From positions 1 to 38,526 of the forward strand of contig CAZMNQ010000001.1 of assembly GCA_964567695.1 (NCBI GenBank): a DNA stretch of 38,526 bases. Reading direction: 5' to 3'. The notes beneath the pieces are model-generated. The model made no database searches. It saw only the letters and a program-made list of their open reading frames with translations, and was not told the origin of the DNA. The position numbers and the translations under genes are program-made. Position 1 is the stretch's first letter, and every line of letters begins with the position of its first letter. This document shows, one piece after another, positions 8,236 through 15,707 of this stretch. Source of the DNA: an uncultured Bdellovibrionales bacterium. GTDB taxonomy: Bacteria; Patescibacteriota; Minisyncoccia; Moranbacterales; UBA2206.

Positions 8236-8964
8236 ATGAAAATTTTAGATATAAAAGTTGATAATATGCCCAAAAAAGAGATACTTCAAAGAGTGGTGGA
8301 TTTTTTATCAGAAAATAAATTTCATCAAATTGCCACGGTCAATCCGGAATTTATCTTGCAAGCGCAAAAGGATGAGAAATTTAAAAACATCTTAAATAGT
8401 TGCGATTTAAACATTGCCGATGGAACTGGCATTTGGTTTGCACTTTTACGCTATGGAAAATTTCTGAAGGCCAGAATGGCAGGGGCGGATCTAATGGAAG
8501 AAATATTAAGTCTGGCCAGTAGTAATAATCACCCAATATTTTTAGTTACCAACAATAAAAGTTTAAGCACCTGGGAAGAAACCCGCGCTGCAATTTTAAA
8601 AAAATATCCAAGACTGACAATAGGCGGATCTAATATAAATAATAATTCTAGTTACCTGCCTACCGGACAGGCAGGCGAGTTACTAGTTACTAGTTACAAT
8701 ATCGTCTTCTGCTCCTTCGGCGCCCCTGACCAAGAAATTTTTATAGATTCGCTAAAAACACTGAAAGATAGTAAAATAAAACTAGCGATGGGAGTGGGTG
8801 GCAGTTTTGATTTTCTGACTGGCAAAATAAAAAGAGCACCTGGATGTATTAGAAAAGCAGGCTTGGAATGGTTGTGGCGGTTTCTGCAAGAGCCAACTTA
8901 CCGCGCCAAAAGGATTTTCAATGCAACTATAGTTTTTCCAATAAAAATAATTTTTAATAAATAA
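8236..8964 (+). CDS. WecB/TagA/CpsF-family (GT26) glycosyltransferase, ManNAc/ManNAcA-transferase type
   Basis: TVNPEFI, FGAPDQE and GVGGSFDFLTGKIKRAP...GLEWLWR motifs. It carries a repeat-derived internal segment YLPTGQAGELLVTSY. Confidence 0.9.
   Translation: MKILDIKVDNMPKKEILQRVVDFLSENKFHQIATVNPEFILQAQKDEKFKNILNSCDLNIADGTGIWFALLRYGKFLKARMAGADLMEEILSLASSNNHPIFLVTNNKSLSTWEETRAAILKKYPRLTIGGSNINNNSSYLPTGQAGELLVTSYNIVFCSFGAPDQEIFIDSLKTLKDSKIKLAMGVGGSFDFLTGKIKRAPGCIRKAGLEWLWRFLQEPTYRAKRIFNATIVFPIKIIFNK
8653..8676. repeat. family-B palindromic unit embedded in frame in the GT26 gene
   Basis: TACCTGCCTACCGGACAGGCAGGC is identical over 24 nt to 27563-27586. The hairpin arms are CCTGCC/GGCAGG. Confidence 0.8.
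8678..8698 (+). repeat. heptanucleotide tandem repeat (AGTTACT x3) inside the CDS
   Basis: agttact agttact agttaca. A further TAGTTAC lies at 8649-8655, on the other side of the palindromic unit. Confidence 0.8.
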
Positions 8965-8968
8965 AATT

Positions 8969-9379
8969 ATGACAAGCAAAACAAAGTTAATCCGCACAAT
9001 CTATTTATACATTGCGGCGCTTGTAAGTCTGATTTTTGTCGCAGTTGGAACGGGCAATATTATAAATACCGCTCTAAAATATTATGTTTTCCCTAAAGCG
9101 GAAAAGGGTGGATACAATCAATGCAATCAACAGCCTCCAGTGTATGCTTTGGACAAAAATAGTTTCGCCGGAGTTGCCACTGAAGATCAAAAAGTTCAAC
9201 TGGCCAATTTGTTGCGCGACTATGATGAGTGGAAAAAGAACAACACCGGTGAAGAATGTTATAGCGCGCAAAGACAATCAAGCGTAGTTGACGCGATTAC
9301 AATGATAATTATCGCTCTACCAATATTATTAATACATTGGAAGATTATTAAAAAGGATAAGAAAAATGAAAATGAATAA
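8969..9379 (+). CDS. hypothetical small membrane protein (TM helices at both ends)
   Basis: 136-aa ORF in an operon context. N- and C-terminal hydrophobic helices flank a soluble loop. I recognise no family confidently. Confidence 0.55.
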   Translation: MTSKTKLIRTIYLYIAALVSLIFVAVGTGNIINTALKYYVFPKAEKGGYNQCNQQPPVYALDKNSFAGVATEDQKVQLANLLRDYDEWKKNNTGEECYSAQRQSSVVDAITMIIIALPILLIHWKIIKKDKKNENE

Positions 9380-10895
9380 GGTTCGAGTTAGATTTGCCCC
9401 ATCACCAACGGGATATATGCATGTGGGAAATTTCCGCACAGCTTTATATACCTATTTTTTTGCCAAAAAAAATGGTGGGGAATTTTTATTGCGCATAGAG
9501 GACACCGATCAAAAAAGATATGTACAGGATGCCCTTGAGAAACTTCTGAAAATTATTGATTGGGCAGGCTTCAATTATTCCGAAGGGGTTTATTTAGAAG
9601 ATGGTAAGATTATTCAAAAAGGCGATTTTGGATCATACATACAATCAGAAAGACTGGATATTTATAAAAAATATATTCAGCAACTTATTGAAAATGGAAC
9701 GGCCTACTATTGTTTTTGCAGTACGGAAAAATTGGATGAGATGCGACAAAAACAAACAGCCGCCAAACAAGCTCCGATGTATGACCGAACTTGTTTAAAA
9801 TTGACCAAAGAAGAAATTCAACAAAAAATTGAGGCTGGCGAGCCATATGTAATCCGTCAAAAAATAAATGCCAAGGGTGTTACAAAATATAATGATTTGG
9901 TTCGAGGTGAAATTGAATTCAAAAATGAATTATTAGATGATCAGATATTGATGAAATCTGATGGTTATCCGACATATAATTTTGCTAATGTGGTAGATGA
10001 TCATTTAATGGAAATTTCACATGTCTTGCGTGGAGAAGAATATGTATCAAGTACACCAAAATATATTCAATTATATCAAAATTTTGGTTGGGCTGTCCCC
10101 GAATTTGCGCACTTACCACTCCTGCTGAATCCTGACAAAACCAAACTCTCTAAAAGACAAGGTGACGTGGCGGTCGAGGATTATATTAAAAATGGCTATC
10201 TTAAAGAAGCCATCATAAATTTTGTGGTGCTTTTGGGCTGGAATCTTGGTGAGGGGAGCACGCAGGAGATTTTTTCGATGGAAGAATTGGAAAAGGCTTT
10301 TGACATCAAACGCGTACACAAGGCGGGTGCGGTTTTCGATTTGAAAAAACTCGATTGGTTAAACGCGCGATACATAAAGAAATTATCCATCGACGAATTA
10401 TATAAAAAATCTTTGGAATTTTTCGCGCAAAAAGATTTCTACAAATCGTGGAGCGTGAATCATGAATCGTGGAGCGCAATAGATAAAGAAAATTATGTGA
10501 AAAAAGTTTTGACCGTTGAACAGGATCGATTAAATAAATTATCCGAGGTGGGGGAGAACAACCAATTCTTTTTTACGGATATTGAATATGACAAAAGCAT
10601 GCTGCGCTGGAAAGATATGACCGACGAGATATTAAAAGAGTCATTGGAAAAATCCAGAAGTGTTTTGGAAAGTATTGATGAAAAAGATTGGAATACAAAA
10701 AATATCGAAGAAAAACTTTTCGCCGCTGCCGGAGACAAACCTGCCCGTCCGGGAGGCGGGAAAGGCGATTTACTTTGGCCTTTGAGAGTGGCTTTGTCTG
10801 GAGCGCAAAAATCACCCTCACCAATGAAACTGTCTTGGGTTTTGGGTAAAACTGAAAGCCTAAAAAGACTAACTCAGGCTTTATCTAAGGCATAA
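9366..10895 (+). CDS. gltX: glutamyl-tRNA synthetase
   Basis: The HIGH motif appears as HVGNFRTA and KMSKS as KLSKRQG. RFAPSPTG at the N-terminus. The start may be 9366 or 9372; it overlaps the end of the previous ORF. Confidence 0.95.
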   Translation: MKMNKVRVRFAPSPTGYMHVGNFRTALYTYFFAKKNGGEFLLRIEDTDQKRYVQDALEKLLKIIDWAGFNYSEGVYLEDGKIIQKGDFGSYIQSERLDIYKKYIQQLIENGTAYYCFCSTEKLDEMRQKQTAAKQAPMYDRTCLKLTKEEIQQKIEAGEPYVIRQKINAKGVTKYNDLVRGEIEFKNELLDDQILMKSDGYPTYNFANVVDDHLMEISHVLRGEEYVSSTPKYIQLYQNFGWAVPEFAHLPLLLNPDKTKLSKRQGDVAVEDYIKNGYLKEAIINFVVLLGWNLGEGSTQEIFSMEELEKAFDIKRVHKAGAVFDLKKLDWLNARYIKKLSIDELYKKSLEFFAQKDFYKSWSVNHESWSAIDKENYVKKVLTVEQDRLNKLSEVGENNQFFFTDIEYDKSMLRWKDMTDEILKESLEKSRSVLESIDEKDWNTKNIEEKLFAAAGDKPARPGGGKGDLLWPLRVALSGAQKSPSPMKLSWVLGKTESLKRLTQALSKA

Positions 10896-10908
10896 TAATC
10901 TATTTTAT

Positions 10909-10937
10909 TTGAAATCTTCCTTCTTTTATGCTATAAT
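10909..10937 (+). promoter_or_regulatory. promoter of the M23 coiled-coil peptidase gene
   Basis: TTGAAA, 17-nt spacer, TGc-TATAAT. An AGAGGA SD lies upstream of the ATG at 10959. Confidence 0.6.
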
Positions 10938-10958
10938 GGACAAGCTTAAGAGGAATTT

Positions 10959-12200
10959 ATGGCAAAAACAAAAGATAAAAATAGAAACTTAGGATTAAGG
11001 ATGTTTTTAGTGGCGGCAATTTTTGGATTGCTGTTTTTTAATTTTGGTAAATCTGCTTATATAGCGAAAGGTGCTAATTGCAGTCTTTCAATTGATAAGG
11101 ATAAATGTGAAACGCTAGAAAAAAAAGTGCAACTCACTCAAAGCTTATTGGATCTCACAAATAAAAAGGCGATTACAGTTAAAAATCAACTTGCAGTGAT
11201 TGATACACAACAACAAACCAATCAAGTTGAATTGGGCAAGACTCAAAACAAAGTGGAGGATCTTGATCGACAAGTGAATAATCTGGATCAAAAAATAAAA
11301 GACAAGGAAAAATTAATTGCCAGCCAACAAATAATCCTAGCTGGACTTATGCGGATATACTATGATTATAGTCAAGGTGGCATCCTAGATGTTGTTTTAA
11401 TTAATCAAGATTTTTCTGAAATTTTTAATCAAACAGATCATATTGAACAAGCTGGAAGTCGAGTTGGTGATGTTTTAAGAACTATTCAAGAGGCTAAATC
11501 TGAACTGCAAAATGAGCAAACAGAAATCGCGCAAAAAAAACAAGAGAGCGAGCAAGCAAAAGAGGATTTAGAAAATAAAAATTTGATTCTGCAAAAAAAC
11601 GAAAATCAAAGACAAGCTTTGCTAGGACAAACACAAGCGGAAGCTGCTAAATATAAGGAGCTCCTGTCGAATATTGAGGATGAAATTAACAACTTGGAAC
11701 AGAGTCTTTCAAGCTCGCTTAATATGGCTAACTTGCCGCCAGACAAAAACGGTTACTTTACTTGGCCGGTTAATCCGCATATCCTTACTCAAGGTTATGG
11801 CAAAACAAGTTTCGCTAAAACATCCGGCATATACAAAAATAATTTTCATAATGGCGTAGATTTTGGAATCAAATATAACAATGTCTTTGCGGCTAAGAGT
11901 GGCAAGGTGGTCGGCTCAGGCGATAATGGCAAATATGCTTATGGTAAATGGCTGGCTATTAATCATGGTGATGGGCTTGTGACTCTCTACGGTCATCTGA
12001 GTGCCAAGGCGGTTACAAAAGGTGCTAGTGTCAAGGAAGGACAAAAAATTGGCACAAGTGGGAATACTGGGAATTCAACCGGACCACATCTTCATTTTTC
12101 AGTTTTTGCGGCTGAAACTTTCAAAACAGTTGAGTCATCATATGTCAATGGATTGATGATTCCAACTGGCGCTTCCGTGAATCCAAAGAAGTATCTATAA
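10959..12200 (+). CDS. M23 family metallopeptidase with N-terminal TM/signal anchor and long coiled coil (EnvC-like architecture)
   Basis: HNGVDFG and GPHLHFSVF M23 motifs at the C-terminus. The middle is Q/E/K-rich heptad sequence. Confidence 0.9.
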   Translation: MAKTKDKNRNLGLRMFLVAAIFGLLFFNFGKSAYIAKGANCSLSIDKDKCETLEKKVQLTQSLLDLTNKKAITVKNQLAVIDTQQQTNQVELGKTQNKVEDLDRQVNNLDQKIKDKEKLIASQQIILAGLMRIYYDYSQGGILDVVLINQDFSEIFNQTDHIEQAGSRVGDVLRTIQEAKSELQNEQTEIAQKKQESEQAKEDLENKNLILQKNENQRQALLGQTQAEAAKYKELLSNIEDEINNLEQSLSSSLNMANLPPDKNGYFTWPVNPHILTQGYGKTSFAKTSGIYKNNFHNGVDFGIKYNNVFAAKSGKVVGSGDNGKYAYGKWLAINHGDGLVTLYGHLSAKAVTKGASVKEGQKIGTSGNTGNSTGPHLHFSVFAAETFKTVESSYVNGLMIPTGASVNPKKYL

Positions 12201-12214
12201 AATATAACTGATTT

Positions 12215-12256
12215 AAAAAACGACCCGATGCAAGATGAACGGGTCGTTTTTGATTT
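12215..12256 (+). terminator. intrinsic terminator
   Basis: ACGACCCG, 12-nt loop, CGGGTCGT followed by TTTTT. Confidence 0.8.
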
Positions 12257-12292
12257 TAGGAAGGGGATAGGTTACATAAAAATATCAATTCT

Positions 12293-12328
12293 GTGGTTTA
12301 GGGTATACATCAATGTATGCTAAAATTA
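12293..12328. repeat. copy 1 of a ~35-nt hairpin-containing direct repeat
   Basis: GTGGTTTAGGGTATACATCAATGTATGCTAAAATTA. Inner arms are ATACAT/ATGTAT and outer arms TTTAG/CTAAA. Confidence 0.6.
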
Positions 12329-12458
12329 GTCGGTCTAAGTACAAACTCACTATATGTATTTAAAAAAAATAAAAATAAAATTATTTAATAGGTGAATAAT
12401 AATTTATTTTTTAATATAATCTTTAGAAAAAAATATTGGACATAATTTAATTTATACG

Positions 12459-12493
12459 GTGGTTGGGCGTACATAGATGTATAACCTAATATA
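12459..12493. repeat. copy 2 of the ~35-nt hairpin-containing direct repeat
   Basis: GTGGTTGGGCGTACATAGATGTATAACCTAATATA. Inner arms are TACAT/ATGTA and outer arms GGTT/AACC, so the outer stem differs in sequence but remains pairable. Confidence 0.6.
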
Positions 12494-12514
12494 TTTAAGA
12501 AGCTCTGGAAAGAA

Positions 12515-12551
12515 TAAGTGCAGTGTCGCAAAAGTTATGATGTGCGACACT
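12515..12551 (-). terminator. possible terminator of the nifU-M23 transcript
   Basis: AGTGTCGCA, 12-nt loop, TGCGACACT. The downstream tract on the minus strand is only moderately U-rich. Confidence 0.45.
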
Positions 12552-12591
12552 CTCCATATTTCAAGAAGCACCCTTCCCTCTTAATTAAAAC

Positions 12592-13158
12592 CTAAACTAC
12601 GCCCTGATTTGGATTATAGTTTTTTATAAAACTAATCGGTTCTTTCCAATACTCCAGCTCTGTCGAGCTCTCCGAATCCACCATCTTATAATATCCTGGT
12701 AAAACTTTTCCATGAAATGGTCCAGCATAAATACCAAAATGCAAATGCTCTTCTTCCCATGCCCCATTAGACTCACTTAGGCTCTTTCCGATGGTTCCGA
12801 TGAGTCCACCCATCTCAATCGCATCACCTCTTTTAACAAAGCGCTTGCCCAGGTGACCATACAGGGAATAAAAAACTTCTTTTGTTTTTGGTTCTTTGTG
12901 CGCAATAATGACAATGCCACCCCAATTTCTTTTTAGGATTTCTCCGCTTTCTGAAATTTCTCCAGAATGAAGTTTTGAGTATACTACGATGCCTCGTCCA
13001 GTTGAAAAAACTTTAGTATCGTGTGTGGCGGATATATCAATACCTAAATGTTTGCCCCACAATTTTTTATCATATACATTCACCTCGCCAAAACCAGAGG
13101 AAATGTTTTTAAAATTTCCAATTGGGAACATTAGATTTGGCGTAACTCGATAGGCCAT
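12592..13158 (-). CDS. M23 family peptidase, single domain, no recognisable signal peptide or TM segment
   Basis: HLGIDIS (HxxxD) and EEHLHFGIY (HxH) motifs. The N-terminus MAYRVTPNLMFPIGNFK is not hydrophobic. Confidence 0.85.
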   Translation of the reverse strand: MAYRVTPNLMFPIGNFKNISSGFGEVNVYDKKLWGKHLGIDISATHDTKVFSTGRGIVVYSKLHSGEISESGEILKRNWGGIVIIAHKEPKTKEVFYSLYGHLGKRFVKRGDAIEMGGLIGTIGKSLSESNGAWEEEHLHFGIYAGPFHGKVLPGYYKMVDSESSTELEYWKEPISFIKNYNPNQGVV

Positions 13159-13191
13159 ATATAAATAATTTTAAATTTAAAATGATGGAAG

Positions 13192-13575
13192 CTACTTCTT
13201 ATTTTGGTAATCTTTTATGGCTTCGTGTAAGGCCTCATCGGCTAAATTTGAACAATGCATTTTGATTGGTGGCAAGCCCTCTAGCGCGTCAGCCACATCA
13301 TTACGCGTAATTTTCATAGCATCTTCAATTGTTTGACCCAAGGCCAGATCAGTTACCATTGATGAAGTTGCAATGGCCGAGGCGCAGCCTAGGGTTTCGA
13401 AGCCGATTTTATCAATCACTTCTCCGCGCTTTTTGTCGTTTTTTACTTTGATATAAATTTTCATCAAGTCTCCACAGACCGGATTGCCAACCATGCCAAC
13501 ACCGGAAGCATTTTTAATCACCCCTTGATTGTGTGGTCGAGTGAAATGTTCCAAAACTTTTTTTGAGTATTGCAT
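13192..13575 (-). CDS. nifU: Fe-S cluster assembly scaffold, IscU/NifU N-terminal-domain type
   Basis: Three conserved Cys contexts: NPVCGD, LGCASAIATSS, KMHCSNLA. Confidence 0.92.
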   Translation of the reverse strand: MQYSKKVLEHFTRPHNQGVIKNASGVGMVGNPVCGDLMKIYIKVKNDKKRGEVIDKIGFETLGCASAIATSSMVTDLALGQTIEDAMKITRNDVADALEGLPPIKMHCSNLADEALHEAIKDYQNKK

Positions 13576-13585
13576 AATATTTATA

Positions 13586-13704
13586 CCGATACGAAACTAC
13601 GAATGGAATTCGAATTTACGAACCATTAACTTCGTATTTTTTATTAATTAACTTTTTGGTATTTTATTTTCGTAGATTCGCATACATTCGTATATTCAAA
13701 TCGG
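13586..13704. repeat. imperfect ~37-nt inverted repeat (TACGAA-rich arms) filling the nifS-nifU intercistronic gap
   Basis: The left arm is CCGATACGAAACTACGAATGGAATTCGAATTTACGAA. The reverse complement of the right arm is CCGATTTGAATATACGAATGTATGCGAATCTACGAA. Confidence 0.5.
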
Positions 13705-13706
13705 CT

Positions 13707-14933
13707 CTATTTAGAGTAATATTCTCCCAAAACATTACCGGAAATTTTTCGCAACCTCTCTATGATAACTTTTAATTTCTTTACGGCAATATTTATTTCC
13801 TCCCTGGTTGTGTATTTACCTAGTGTCATACGCAATGAACCGTGAGCTTGTTCTGCCTTTAGCCCGATAGACAAAAGCACATGTGAGGGCGAAAGAGCGC
13901 CAGATGAGCAAGCGGATCCTGTTGAGCAAGCCACGCCTTCCATATCCAATGAAAGCAATAATCCCTCCCCTTCCACATCCTTGAATGAAAGATTGGCATT
14001 ATTTGGTGAACGCTTTATTTTTGATCCATTAAGAATCGCATTTGGAATTTCGCGCAAAACTTTTTCTATTAAGTAGTCCCTTAGTTTTAATATTTCTCGA
14101 TTTTGGATTTTGGATTTTGGATTTTGGATTTTTTCTATGGCCTTTCCAAATCCGACAATGCCTGTGACATTGTGCGTGCCAGCACGCATTTTATATTCCT
14201 GATCGCCGCCATCTTGAATTTTTCTGATTGCAGTCCCCTTTCTAATATATAACATACCAACTCCCTTGGGCCCATAAATCTTATGCGCTGACATTGAAAG
14301 CAAATCCACACCTAACTTATCAACATTGCAATTAAAATAATTAATGGCCTGTGTGGCATCTGTATGGAATACAATTTTAAAATCATTTTCTTTTCTGGTT
14401 GTATTCATTTTTTTCACCAGTTTGCCAATTTTTTCAATAGGCTGCACTGTGCCAATCTCGTTATTAACATACATTATTGAAATCAAAAGCGTATTAGATT
14501 TTATGGCTTTTTTAATATCACTGACTTTTATTATTCCGTCTTTCCCCGGTTTAATATAAGTCACTTCAACTAGGTTTTCTTTTTCAGCTGCCCTACAGGA
14601 ATCTAAAACACAATGATGCTCAAAAGCAGAAGTGATAATGTGTGGTTTTTTCTGGGCATTTTTAGTTTTTGAAAAATATGATTTTAGGACACCTTTCACC
14701 GTGAGGTTATTAGCTTCGGTAGCGCTACTGGTAAAAATTATTTCTGCGGGCGTGCAGCCAAAAAAGTTAGCGATTTTTCCTCGAGCCACATCAACAGCTT
14801 GCAGAGCCTCTTGCCCAAAAGAATGAATTGACATAGCATTGCCAAACTTTTCGGAAAAATATGGCAGCATTTCTTTCAATACATCTTTATCTACAGGCGT
14901 AGTGGCGGCATAATCTAAGTAGATTTTTTTCAT
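13707..14933 (-). CDS. nifS: cysteine desulfurase (class I, NifS/IscS type)
   Basis: PLP-lysine motif SAHKIYGPKG and active-site loop STGSACSSG. Operon context with nifU and rrf2. Confidence 0.95.
   Translation of the reverse strand: MKKIYLDYAATTPVDKDVLKEMLPYFSEKFGNAMSIHSFGQEALQAVDVARGKIANFFGCTPAEIIFTSSATEANNLTVKGVLKSYFSKTKNAQKKPHIITSAFEHHCVLDSCRAAEKENLVEVTYIKPGKDGIIKVSDIKKAIKSNTLLISIMYVNNEIGTVQPIEKIGKLVKKMNTTRKENDFKIVFHTDATQAINYFNCNVDKLGVDLLSMSAHKIYGPKGVGMLYIRKGTAIRKIQDGGDQEYKMRAGTHNVTGIVGFGKAIEKIQNPKSKIQNREILKLRDYLIEKVLREIPNAILNGSKIKRSPNNANLSFKDVEGEGLLLSLDMEGVACSTGSACSSGALSPSHVLLSIGLKAEQAHGSLRMTLGKYTTREEINIAVKKLKVIIERLRKISGNVLGEYYSK
14099..14133 (-). repeat. heptanucleotide tandem repeat (GATTTTG x4 plus a partial unit) inside nifS
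   Basis: gattttg gattttg gattttg gattttg gatttttt. It encodes KIQNPKSKIQN on the minus strand. Confidence 0.85.
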
Positions 14934-14940
14934 AAGAGTT

Positions 14941-14982
14941 CCTAGAGCTAAGCTCTTGGATATCCAAGAGCTTAGCTCTAGG
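14941..14982. repeat. family-A perfect palindrome (20-bp arms), copy 1, between rrf2 and nifS
   Basis: CCTAGAGCTAAGCTCTTGGA-TA-TCCAAGAGCTTAGCTCTAGG followed by ATTCC. The arms and 3' flank are identical to 36108-36155. Confidence 0.9.
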
Positions 14983-15004
14983 ATTCCATATTAGCCCCTA
15001 TTTT

Positions 15005-15394
15005 TTATTTTGTTAGATCGCTTAATTTTATAATAGTTAATGTTTTTTCTATTTGTGTGCCAAGCACTTCCCAGACAATCTTTGAGGAGCAGGATTTTTC
15101 CATTCGACACACCGATTCCACACATTTCATTGGCGCAATTGAACCTTCTAGCGCAATGACAATATCCGCCACACTTATTTTATTAGCCGGTTTTTTTAGG
15201 GTATATCCTCCTCGCGTTCCCTTAAAACTTTCAACCAAATCATGCTTGCGCAAAACATTCAAAAGTCTCTCTAGATATTTAATAGAAATTGATTCTTCCT
15301 TAGCAATCAATTTGATATTCTTAGTTTTAGTCTCATTTTTGGCCAAATTAGCCATTGCCTTCAGTCCATATTCGGCTTTTGTGGAAAATTTCAT
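15005..15394 (-). CDS. Rrf2-family transcriptional regulator (IscR-like, putative Fe-S ligating Cys triad)
   Basis: N-terminal wHTH (STKAEYGLKAMANLA...ISIKYLERLL). Cys cluster CVESVCRMEKSC. First gene of the rrf2-nifS-nifU operon. Confidence 0.9.
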   Translation of the reverse strand: MKFSTKAEYGLKAMANLAKNETKTKNIKLIAKEESISIKYLERLLNVLRKHDLVESFKGTRGGYTLKKPANKISVADIVIALEGSIAPMKCVESVCRMEKSCSSKIVWEVLGTQIEKTLTIIKLSDLTK

Positions 15395-15427
15395 GTTTTG
15401 AATCTCCTACCAAATTAGTATACATTT

Positions 15428-15456
15428 ATCTTACAAAAAAACCTGAACTAAGTCAA
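15428..15456 (-). promoter_or_regulatory. promoter of the rrf2-nifS-nifU operon
   Basis: Minus strand reads TTGACT, 17-nt spacer, TAAGAT. A GGAGA SD precedes the ATG. Confidence 0.55.
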
Positions 15457-15467
15457 GTCTTCAGAAT

Positions 15468-15683
15468 CTAGGATATTAATTGATTGATTTCATAGGATAT
15501 GGCAACAGTTACGATTAAAAATACGATAACCACAACCGTAGCTGCAAATCGAAACATTTCATCAATTTTTGGCGCTCGCACATCTTTGAACATTTTTTTT
15601 GATTTTATTTTTTTTAAATACTCACAAATTATACTATAAGTTTTAATTTTTGTCATCCTGTCAAATTTGACCCAAAAAACCAT
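15468..15683 (-). CDS. possible small single-TM protein; start uncertain (alternative Met at 15593)
   Basis: The ORF has one clear hydrophobic helix (FAATVVVIVFLIVTVAISY). There is no SD at either Met, and its 5' part overlaps the nuclease promoter. Confidence 0.3.
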   Translation of the reverse strand: MVFWVKFDRMTKIKTYSIICEYLKKIKSKKMFKDVRAPKIDEMFRFAATVVVIVFLIVTVAISYEINQLIS

Positions 15684-15695
15684 TTAAACTACAAT
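15667..15695 (+). promoter_or_regulatory. promoter of the PD-(D/E)XK nuclease gene
   Basis: TTGACC, 17-nt spacer, TACAAT. 12 nt separate the -10 from the ATG at 15708, so the leader is very short. Confidence 0.55.
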
Positions 15696-15707
15696 TAAGT
15701 TACGCTT

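Noticed and set aside
12256-12514. Replication origin (the AT-rich core plus TGTGGTTTA resembles a DnaA box).
   Set aside because: No dnaA or dnaN is nearby. Only one weak box-like 9-mer with two mismatches is present, and the AT-richness is not exceptional for this genome's spacers.
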